From: Candidatus Latescibacterota bacterium
Lineage (GTDB): Bacteria; Latescibacterota; UBA2968
Length of the DNA: 64,000 nucleotides
Direction of reading: 5' to 3'
Assembly (NCBI GenBank): GCA_965208125.1
Contig: OZ242320.1
Span: 2,619,821 to 2,683,820, forward strand
Translations under genes and position numbers: made by a program
Notes under the pieces: model-generated
The model's input: the letters and a program-made list of their open reading frames with translations, nothing else
What the model was told of the DNA's origin: nothing
Database searches by the model: none
Shown: piece after piece, positions 56,991-64,000 of the stretch
Layout of the letters: every line of letters begins with the position of its first letter
How positions within the stretch are numbered: position 1 is the stretch's first letter

Positions 56991-57593
56991 ATGATTGCGG
57001 TTGTCGATTATGGGATGGGAAATTTGCGGAGTGTTCAAAAGGCGTTTGAACACGTTGGGGCAAAGGCTGTTATTGTCGATAGACCAGAGGATATCGATGC
57101 CGCCGAGCGCGTTGTGCTTCCCGGCGTGGGGGCATTTGGCGATGCGATGAACAATCTGAAAACCGCGGGGTTGATTGCGCCCATTGTAAGAGCTATTTCA
57201 GAAGGCCGACCCTTTTTGGGTATTTGTTTGGGGTTGCAATTGATGTTTGCCGAGAGTGAAGAAATGGGGCAGCACAGGGGGTTAGACATTTTGCCGGGAA
57301 AGGTGAAGCGTTTTCCCGAAGGGCAGCGCGTTCCGCAAATTGGGTGGAATGAAGTGCGAATTCAGCGCGAGACAGCACTTCTGCATGGCGTGCCCAACAG
57401 GTCTTATTTTTATTTTGTCCATTCTTTTTTTGTAGCGCCTGAGCGCGATGAAGATGTGGTAGGGGTGACGGATTACGGGATTGATTATGCGTCAATTGCC
57501 GGAAATGATCGGGCTTTTGGCGTGCAGTTTCACCCCGAGAAAAGTCAGGATGCTGGCTTAAAAATTTTGAAGAATTTTGCGGAGAAGGTGTAG
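56991..57593 (+). CDS. hisH: Imidazole glycerol phosphate synthase, glutaminase subunit
   Basis: MIAVVDYGMGNLRSVQKAFE...GICLGLQLM...VQFHPEKS. The ATG at 56991 lies immediately downstream of the proC stop, with one intervening nt. Confidence 0.92.
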   Translation: MIAVVDYGMGNLRSVQKAFEHVGAKAVIVDRPEDIDAAERVVLPGVGAFGDAMNNLKTAGLIAPIVRAISEGRPFLGICLGLQLMFAESEEMGQHRGLDILPGKVKRFPEGQRVPQIGWNEVRIQRETALLHGVPNRSYFYFVHSFFVAPERDEDVVGVTDYGIDYASIAGNDRAFGVQFHPEKSQDAGLKILKNFAEKV

Positions 57594-57594
57594 G

Positions 57595-58392
57595 ATGCTG
57601 GCCAGGCGAATTATTCCGTGTTTAGATGTGAAAAACGGTCGCAATGTGCGCGGGGTCAAGTTTTCAGCAGATAAAGATGCTGGCGATCCCATTGAACTCG
57701 CGAAACGCTATGATGCAGAAGGTGCCGATGAACTGGTGTTTTACGATATTACGGCATCGGCTGAGAAGCGCGATATTGTTGCCGAACTCGTGCAGCGTGT
57801 GTCCGAAGAGGTGTTTATTCCCTTTACGGTTGGCGGGGGCGTTCGCACGTATTATGACATTCGCACAATTATCGAAGGGGGCGCGGAAAAAGCGTCGATC
57901 AATTCGGCTGCCATACACACGCCTGAAATTATTACTCAGGGGTCTGAGAGTTTTGGATCGCAGGCAATTGTGGGGTCAATTGATGCAATTCGACGTCCGA
58001 ATCTCGATCAAACAGAAGATGTGTACTGGGAAGTGGTTATCAATGGCGGGCGCACATATACTGGAAGAGATGCCCTCGAATGGGCTGAGGAATTGGTGGA
58101 TCTCGGCGCGGGCGAACTGGTTTTGAACAGCATTGATGCAGACGGTACAAAAGATGGATACGATATTGAATTGAATCGCATGGTTGCCGAGCGCGTGGAT
58201 GTACCGATTGTAGCGTCTGGTGGTGCTGGTGGGCCAGAGGATATGTACGCGGTGTTGTCCGAAGGCAAGGCGAGCGCGGCACTGGCTGCGTCGATTTTTC
58301 ACTACAATCAATACAGTATTGCGGAAGTCAAAACGTATCTCGCAGAACGCGGGGTCCCGGTGCGTCCCAAGATCGAGATTGATTTGACATGA
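57595..58392 (+). CDS. hisF: Imidazole glycerol phosphate synthase, cyclase subunit
   Basis: [23 protein letters not shown]...ASGGAG. Confidence 0.95.
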   Translation: MLARRIIPCLDVKNGRNVRGVKFSADKDAGDPIELAKRYDAEGADELVFYDITASAEKRDIVAELVQRVSEEVFIPFTVGGGVRTYYDIRTIIEGGAEKASINSAAIHTPEIITQGSESFGSQAIVGSIDAIRRPNLDQTEDVYWEVVINGGRTYTGRDALEWAEELVDLGAGELVLNSIDADGTKDGYDIELNRMVAERVDVPIVASGGAGGPEDMYAVLSEGKASAALAASIFHYNQYSIAEVKTYLAERGVPVRPKIEIDLT

Positions 58393-59546
58393 GTGGGACA
58401 AAAGAACACGAAATTGATCGCAGAGCTTTGTTTGCCGATGTGCGGCGGGTGGTGGTAAAATTGGGTACGCGGGTTGTGACGGCACATGGCAACACATTGA
58501 ATCTTGAGGTGATTGAACGCCTGGCCGCCGATGTGGCGTGTTTGAAAGATCGCGGGTTACAGGTGGCAATTGTGACATCTGGAGCCGTTGGTGCCGGCAT
58601 GGGGCAATTGGGGTTGAGTAATCGGCCGAGGCGTTTGGCCGATTTGCAAGCTACGGCTGCGGTAGGGCAGGGTTTGGTGATGGATGCTTACAAACGGGCA
58701 TTTGAAGCACACGGTATTCTGGTGGGGCAGGTGCTGTTGACATCGGACGATCTGGACAATCGCACGCGGTATGTGAATGCGCGCAATACACTATATCAAT
58801 TGTTTCGATATGGTGTTGTGCCTGTTGTCAATGAGAACGATAGCGTGGCGGTGGAAGAATTGCAATTGTCCGTGGGCGAAAATGACCGCCTATCCGCGAT
58901 GGTGTCACATCTGGTGGATGCGGACATGCTGGTGTTGTTGACCGATGTCGATGGGTTGTTTTCAAGTGATCCCGCAAAAGACCCAAACGCGCAATTAGTT
59001 CGGTTTGTGCGCGGGATGCCCAAAGAACTCTACGCAAATGTGGGGTCTTCGGGGAGTGCGTTGGGGCGCGGGGGAATGCGCACAAAACTCAGGGCAGCCG
59101 AAGCTGTGATACAAGGTGGGCAGATGGCAGTGATTGCAAATGGATGTACAAACGGTTTGCGCGAAATTTTGGATGGAGCAGATTGCGGCACGTTATTTGG
59201 GGCGGATAATCGCAGTTTGAACAGCAGGGATTTGTGGTTGGCGCATTCCCGAAAGCAAGGAGGTGTGGTTGTAGATGATGGTGCAGTGGTTGCTTTGAGC
59301 GATAGAGGCAAAAGTTTGTTGCCTTCGGGTATTATCCGCGTTATTGGCGATTTTGAAGTTGGTGAACTCATTGGCGTTGAATCGGAACAACGCGTTGAGA
59401 TCGCGCGCGGTTTAACGCGATTTGACGCCGATGATGTGCGACGTATTCGCGGAAAAAAAACGCCAGAAGTTGCAGAAATTCTCGGGATCAACAATGGCGC
59501 GGTAGTTATCCATCGGGATGATATGGTGGTGTTAAATCGGAAGTAG
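58389..59546 (+). CDS. proB: Glutamate 5-kinase with PUA domain
   Basis: 385 aa. It has VVVKLGTRVVT and VVPVVNENDSVA motifs and a C-terminal PUA-like region. Its ATG overlaps the hisF stop. Confidence 0.92.
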   Translation: MSGTKEHEIDRRALFADVRRVVVKLGTRVVTAHGNTLNLEVIERLAADVACLKDRGLQVAIVTSGAVGAGMGQLGLSNRPRRLADLQATAAVGQGLVMDAYKRAFEAHGILVGQVLLTSDDLDNRTRYVNARNTLYQLFRYGVVPVVNENDSVAVEELQLSVGENDRLSAMVSHLVDADMLVLLTDVDGLFSSDPAKDPNAQLVRFVRGMPKELYANVGSSGSALGRGGMRTKLRAAEAVIQGGQMAVIANGCTNGLREILDGADCGTLFGADNRSLNSRDLWLAHSRKQGGVVVDDGAVVALSDRGKSLLPSGIIRVIGDFEVGELIGVESEQRVEIARGLTRFDADDVRRIRGKKTPEVAEILGINNGAVVIHRDDMVVLNRK

Positions 59547-59578
59547 AACAACCGACAACTGACTTTGGAGATTGTGTT

Positions 59579-59947
59579 ATGCGCTCATTTTATCGGGGAC
59601 AAAGTACGGTGTTGCCGGAAAATAGTCCGAGGTTACCGGGAAGTGCAAGGCGACGTCTGAATAGATTTTTGATATTTGCACCCGTGGTGCTTTCCCTTTA
59701 TTTGTTTTTTGCAGGAGATAGTGGGATTTTCCAACTCGTAATGCGCGAGCAGCAAATTGCCGCATTAGAACGGGAAATCGAAACTATTCGCCAACAGAAT
59801 GCGATGCTGGAACGCGAGACAAAACTGCTGGAAAACAATTTGGGTGAAATTGAACGCATTGCTCGCGAGCGCTATGGCATGGTGTATCCCAATGAATCGA
59901 TTTATATGGTCTATCCCAATCCACCAACAACATTGGAGTCGCCGTGA
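59579..59947 (+). CDS. ftsB: Septum formation initiator (FtsB/DivIC family)
   Basis: 122 aa. It has a single TM helix, then a coiled coil IAALEREIETIRQQNAMLERE, and IERIARERYGMVYPNE. Confidence 0.7.
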   Translation: MRSFYRGQSTVLPENSPRLPGSARRRLNRFLIFAPVVLSLYLFFAGDSGIFQLVMREQQIAALEREIETIRQQNAMLERETKLLENNLGEIERIARERYGMVYPNESIYMVYPNPPTTLESP

Positions 59948-60738
59948 TTTGCCATACCGATGGGTTGGTGTTGCGCGGTTTTCGCATGAGTGAAAGCAGC
60001 AAGGTTGTGGTACTGTTTTCTCGCGATTACGGCAAATTGCGTCTGGTCGCCAAAGGGGCGCGACGGCCCAAAAGTAAATTTGGTGCGAGCCTTGAACCCA
60101 TGACCTGGGGGCGTTATGTTTTTTATCGGCAGGATAATCGAGAGTTACAAATATTGAGCGAAGGCGATATTGCACACGCTTTTGAACCGGTAAAACAACA
60201 CTACGGTCGAATGGCAGCCGGAAGCGCGATATGCGAATTTCTGGATCATATTACCGAAGATGAAGACCGCAATCCACTTTTGTTTAGTATTGCACTTGAA
60301 GCGATGCAATGGGTAGGGAGCATTGCTGAAATAGCGCTGGATGTACCGGTGTGGTATTTCCAGATTCGCGCTGCGGGCGCGGTGGGGTATCGCCCCCATG
60401 TGAGTGGGTGTATTCAATGTGGTGCGCGGCTCCAGGGGCACCGCCTGGGGTTTAGCCCCGGTCTGGGCGGTACTCTGTGTGACAAGCACGCAGGAGCGGG
60501 CATGCGTGTGCAGTTCGAGACGGTAAATTTTATGGCTCATCTACAGGTGGGACGTTCCGACCGCATTGATCTTTCACTCTTGCGGGGTGTAAATCGCGCA
60601 GAGGTGACGCGAATATTGCGCGCATTTTTTGATCAACACATCGAATCGCGCTATCGCCCAAAGGCACTGGATTTTTTTGAACGCTTAAGGGCAGCAGAAT
60701 CTGCGGCGCCTTATCGCTCAGGGATACAGGATTTGTGA
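59944..60738 (+). CDS. recO: DNA repair protein RecO
   Basis: 264 aa. It has TDGLVLRGFRMSESSKVVVLFSRDYGKLRLVAKGARRPKSKF and a Cys-containing zinc motif CIQCG...LCDKH. Confidence 0.85.
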   Translation: MICHTDGLVLRGFRMSESSKVVVLFSRDYGKLRLVAKGARRPKSKFGASLEPMTWGRYVFYRQDNRELQILSEGDIAHAFEPVKQHYGRMAAGSAICEFLDHITEDEDRNPLLFSIALEAMQWVGSIAEIALDVPVWYFQIRAAGAVGYRPHVSGCIQCGARLQGHRLGFSPGLGGTLCDKHAGAGMRVQFETVNFMAHLQVGRSDRIDLSLLRGVNRAEVTRILRAFFDQHIESRYRPKALDFFERLRAAESAAPYRSGIQDL

Positions 60739-61268
60739 TGAATCGATTTTTACAGCGATGGTTGGAGCGCGAAAAGCCACTATTTCCCAAATTGCGCGCT
60801 ATTCCACTATTTCGGGAACTGAACCGCCGGGAGTTGCAGACAGTGGTGCAACTTATAGAAATTCGCAAGTATTCAACAGGTGATGTTGTTTTTGAACAGA
60901 GTGCTCCGGGAGATGGGGTTTACGTGGTGTTAAAAGGATGTGTAGAAGTGGTTCAGAAGGATGGTGAAGACGGCGAGAAAGTGCTGCTTGCCCAATCTAA
61001 ATCCGGTTCCTTTTTTGGTGAAACCGCACTTTTGGAAGATACGCCGAGAACGGCAGCAGCAGTGGCGGTAGAAGATACCAAATTGGCACTTTTCCCGCGA
61101 GACGCATTGTACCAGTTGGCGGAACAACGGCCGCATTTGGGGGTAAAAATTGCCATTCAACTTTCGCGGATTGTTGCGGAGCGATTGCGGCAAACCAATC
61201 ACAGTTTGCAGGTTGCCCAAGATGAACTGGCGGAAAAACAAAAAGAGGACGGAGAAGACAAATTATGA
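60735..61268 (+). CDS. Cyclic nucleotide-binding domain protein
   Basis: 177 aa. IPLFRELNRRELQTVV...FFGETALLEDTPRTAAAVA is the canonical cNMP-binding cassette. It is overlapped on both sides (ATGA). Confidence 0.8.
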   Translation: MMNRFLQRWLEREKPLFPKLRAIPLFRELNRRELQTVVQLIEIRKYSTGDVVFEQSAPGDGVYVVLKGCVEVVQKDGEDGEKVLLAQSKSGSFFGETALLEDTPRTAAAVAVEDTKLALFPRDALYQLAEQRPHLGVKIAIQLSRIVAERLRQTNHSLQVAQDELAEKQKEDGEDKL

Positions 61269-62803
61269 ATGAACCCTCTTCTGGTGGCCTGGGCACTGCT
61301 CAGATTTTGCGTATTGTGATTTTTTTGGGTCTCATCGTTGTGATGATCTGGTTGCTATATACTATTCGAAGTACGCTGGTCCCTTTTTTTATTGCGTTTG
61401 TGCTGTCGTATTTTCTCATGCCCGTGGTTGATTTTCTCGAATCGCACCGCTTAAATCGTTTTATCGCCGTGGTTGTCGTCTTGCTGGCTGTTTTTGCAAT
61501 TGTGGTCATTCCGCTTATTGTAGTCGCGCCTATGATTGTGCGCGGTACGGAGGATATGGTCAAGAGCATTATTGGTGAGCAGGGCACCTGGTACTGTGTG
61601 GTGGAAAATACGGGCGATGATGTGGTGAAGATTGATCGGTTTGAGAGCGAACTCGAAGATTTTAAGGTTGATGGCTTGCCCCTGGAATTGACACCCGGTG
61701 GGGGAGACGCGGAATCCGCTGCCCCACAGGCCAATCCAAAAGTGGTCGGTGGGCGAGATACACTGCGCGTGGTATTTTCTCCACAAGCGGATGAACCGCG
61801 CCAGGCGTCTTTGAGGTTGTACGGTTCGTCTGGCAGCCGGGAAGATTCTATTGTGTTGACGCTTAGAGGGAATATGGAGGATGTGTCATCGGTTTCGGAT
61901 ACAATGGCTTCGGTTCAATTTGGCACATCTAAAATTTTAATCTCGGCGACAAAACATGCGTTTGGCAAATACAAGCCCAGTTCTTTGATGGCACTCAAGT
62001 CAGTTTATGAAACTTCATTCCTGCCGTGGCTGAAATCAGCTCAGACTTATCTCGAAGAAATTTTGCCAATGCTCAAGGGCCGCGATTGGGAGGAAGAAAT
62101 TTTGCCAATGCTCAAGGGCCGCGATTGGATACAGGCCGCAAATCAGTACCTGCAAAACGTTGTGACAATTTTGCTTAAGGAAACTCCCGGATTGGTCGGG
62201 CAATTGCTATCGGGACTTACCTTGTTCATCATTGTGCCTTTTGCTTTATTCTTTTTTTTAGCAGAGGGCAGAACGATCAAGCGTGCGATTATCGAGCAGG
62301 TGCCAAATCGATATTTTGAACTGATATTAAATCTGTTGTATCGCATTGACAGGCAATTGGGGAGCTATATGCGCGGTATGGTGTTATCTGTAATAATTGT
62401 TTCGCTTCTGTCAAGTACCGGACTTTATATCATCGGTCTGGAACATTTTTTGGTGATTGGTCTTCTCGCTGGTTTGGCCAATGTAATTCCCTATATGGGA
62501 CCTGCGATTGGGATTATTGCCGGTGTTGTTGCCGCTGTATTGCAATATTCTGCGCTGAGTTTTGGTGTGGTTATTCCAGTGATTATAGTGTTTGCGATCG
62601 TTCAGCTCGTAGATAATGTTTTTGTCGCTCCTATGGTGGTTGGGCGCAGTGTTAATTTGCATCCTCTGCTCGTTATTTTTGCGGTGTTCGTTGGCAGCGA
62701 GTTGTTTGGCGCAGTTGGCATGTTATTGGCCGTGCCCACAACAGCGGTGATTAAAGTATCTGTGCGGACGATTTATGAGGGGTGGCGAAGTTATTCGGTT
62801 TAG
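61265..62803 (+). CDS. AI-2E family transporter (PerM/UPF0118) with a ~200-aa inserted soluble domain
   Basis: 512 aa. It has typical AI-2E TM helices at both ends (LVPFFIAFVLSYFL...; VNLHPLLVIFAVFVGSELFGAVGMLLAVP). The insert carries VVENTGDDVVKIDRFE...LRVVFSPQ...IVLTLRG, a beta-sandwich-like pattern. Confidence 0.8.
   Translation: MNEPSSGGLGTAQILRIVIFLGLIVVMIWLLYTIRSTLVPFFIAFVLSYFLMPVVDFLESHRLNRFIAVVVVLLAVFAIVVIPLIVVAPMIVRGTEDMVKSIIGEQGTWYCVVENTGDDVVKIDRFESELEDFKVDGLPLELTPGGGDAESAAPQANPKVVGGRDTLRVVFSPQADEPRQASLRLYGSSGSREDSIVLTLRGNMEDVSSVSDTMASVQFGTSKILISATKHAFGKYKPSSLMALKSVYETSFLPWLKSAQTYLEEILPMLKGRDWEEEILPMLKGRDWIQAANQYLQNVVTILLKETPGLVGQLLSGLTLFIIVPFALFFFLAEGRTIKRAIIEQVPNRYFELILNLLYRIDRQLGSYMRGMVLSVIIVSLLSSTGLYIIGLEHFLVIGLLAGLANVIPYMGPAIGIIAGVVAAVLQYSALSFGVVIPVIIVFAIVQLVDNVFVAPMVVGRSVNLHPLLVIFAVFVGSELFGAVGMLLAVPTTAVIKVSVRTIYEGWRSYSV
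62054..62128 (+). repeat. Exact 36-nt tandem duplication (39-nt period) inside the AI-2E transporter CDS
   Basis: GAAGAAATTTTGCCAATGCTCAAGGGCCGCGATTGG occurs at 62054-62089 and again at 62093-62128, separated by GAG. The duplication is in frame and encodes EEILPMLKGRDW-E-EEILPMLKGRDW. Confidence 0.9.
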
Positions 62804-62816
62804 GAGAGAAGGAGTA

Positions 62817-64000
62817 ATGGAGACGATGAAAGATAAAGCTTTGGAGCGTGCCTACGATCCAAAAGATATTGAAAAGACGTGGTATGATTTTTGGCACAGG
62901 AAGGGATATTTTCGCCCGGAGTTTCGCGCGACAGGCACCGCCTATACGGTGACGATTCCGCCGCCCAATGTGACGGGGGAGTTGCACATGGGCCATGCGC
63001 TGCAGCACGCGATTCACGACGCGGTGATTCGGTATAAGCGGATGCGGGGATTTCGCACGCTGTGTTTGCCCGGTACAGATCACGCGGGTATTGGCACGCA
63101 GATGAAGGTAGAGCAAGAGATCTGGGAGAACGAAAAAAAGACGCGCCGCGATATTGGGCGTAGAGACTTGTTGAAACGGATATGGGCCTGGCGGGAAAAA
63201 TACGGTAGCACAATTTTGCGACAGTTGCGCGAGTTGGGCTGTAGTTATGACTGGTCGCGCGAGCGATTTACAATGGATGAGGAGTACGTGCGGGCGGTGT
63301 TGGAAACATTTGTGCGTTTTTACGAGAAGGGCTGGATTTATCGGGGCAAACGCATGGTGAACTGGTGCCCGCAGTGTGGCACTGTGATTTCCGATCTCGA
63401 GGTGGAAGAAAGAGAGGTCGATAGCCATCTGTGGCATATTCGGTACAAAGGGATAGATGACGCGCCCGATGTGGTTGTGGCGACAACGCGCCCGGAAACT
63501 ATGCTGGGCGATACCGGGGTGGCGGTACATCCATCCGATGTGCGATGGCGAGATGCCGTGGGTAAAATGGTGATGTTGCCACTTATGGATCGCCCCATTC
63601 CCATTGTGGCAGATGACTATGCCGATCCAGAGATGGGGAGCGGTGCGGTGAAGGTGACTCCGGCACACGATCCCAACGATTACGAGATAGGGCAGCGTCA
63701 CGATTTATCCGAAATCGCGGTTATTGGTCTGAATGGCGAAATGACAGAAGAGGCAGGTGCTTATGTCGGGCAGGACCGGTATGTGTGTCGCAAGGCGGTG
63801 ATCGAGGCACTCGACAATTTGGGTTTGATGGAAAAAATTGAGGGTTATACCCACGCGGTGCCTCATCACGATCGCTGTGGCACGGTGATTGAACCGATGC
63901 CTATGGAGCAGTGGTTTGTGGCAATGCGCGATTTGGCCGATTTGATTTTGCCCCTGATGCGCGAGAAGAAGATTGATTATGTGCCGGATCGGTTTCGGGA
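62817..64000 (+). CDS. valS: Valine--tRNA ligase (5' part; continues beyond the window)
   Basis: It is not in the ORF track because it is open at the window end. My own translation from ATG 62817 is METMKDKALERAYDPKDIEKTWYDFW...TIPPPNVTGELHMGHALQHAIHD, the class I HIGH region typical of ValRS. A GGAG Shine-Dalgarno lies upstream. Confidence 0.93.
   Translation, partial: METMKDKALERAYDPKDIEKTWYDFWHRKGYFRPEFRATGTAYTVTIPPPNVTGELHMGHALQHAIHDAVIRYKRMRGFRTLCLPGTDHAGIGTQMKVEQEIWENEKKTRRDIGRRDLLKRIWAWREKYGSTILRQLRELGCSYDWSRERFTMDEEYVRAVLETFVRFYEKGWIYRGKRMVNWCPQCGTVISDLEVEEREVDSHLWHIRYKGIDDAPDVVVATTRPETMLGDTGVAVHPSDVRWRDAVGKMVMLPLMDRPIPIVADDYADPEMGSGAVKVTPAHDPNDYEIGQRHDLSEIAVIGLNGEMTEEAGAYVGQDRYVCRKAVIEALDNLGLMEKIEGYTHAVPHHDRCGTVIEPMPMEQWFVAMRDLADLILPLMREKKIDYVPDRFR

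Noticed and set aside
55233-59546. The ilvE-proC-hisH-hisF-proB cluster (hisH/hisF without hisA, proC and proB split) as a novel pathway operon.
   Set aside because: All five are standard biosynthetic enzymes with canonical motifs. Mixed amino-acid 'superoperons' are common in compact genomes, and nothing in the sequence suggests new chemistry.

Overview
This 64-kb window is a tightly packed, moderately GC-rich bacterial chromosome segment, probably from an uncultured lineage. The gene content fits a sulfatase-rich, surface-protein-rich organism: sulfatase plus FGE, DUF1800/DUF1501, GWxTD, BatA and dockerin-like tails. The phylum cannot be determined from the sequence alone. I recognised no rRNA, tRNA, CRISPR array, transposase or phage structural gene.

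Most of the window is housekeeping:
- ilvD and a mug-sulfatase pair.
- The aceE-aceF-lpdA pyruvate dehydrogenase operon.
- hflX, topA and xerC.
- A UbiA/UbiX prenyltransferase pair and an RNase II/R-like gene.
- A dinG-RSH-lipoprotein operon and a sugar-acid dehydrogenase cluster.
- hup, holB-metG, and the run tatD-rsmA-ilvE-proC-hisH-hisF-proB-ftsB-recO.
- The 5' part of valS.

The parts that are not ordinary:
1. A ~1.8-kb A/T-richer islet (51858-53660) sits between metG/GNAT and tatD. It carries an orphan HicB-fold antitoxin, a T5orf172 (GIY-YIG-like) protein with an unassignable N-terminal domain, and a DUF4258 toxin-like gene with a cysteine-less YgiT/MqsA-like partner.
2. Two families of dispersed intergenic repeats are present. 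One is a cluster of six tandem hairpins flanked by GTAGGGG motifs after topA, one unit of which recurs inverted at the edge of the TA islet. The other is a set of purine-arm/pyrimidine-arm inverted-repeat elements that overlap the 3' ends of four genes.
3. A DUF1501 gene has a 1-nt frameshift. Its dockerin-like C-terminal module is shared with a large matrixin/beta-propeller surface protein.
4. A consensus promoter plus hairpin brackets a ~200-nt unannotated transcript with micro-ORFs upstream of holB.
5. An exact 36-nt in-frame tandem duplication lies in an AI-2E transporter that also carries an inserted extracytoplasmic domain.

All family assignments come from motif recognition by eye and need HMM or BLAST confirmation.
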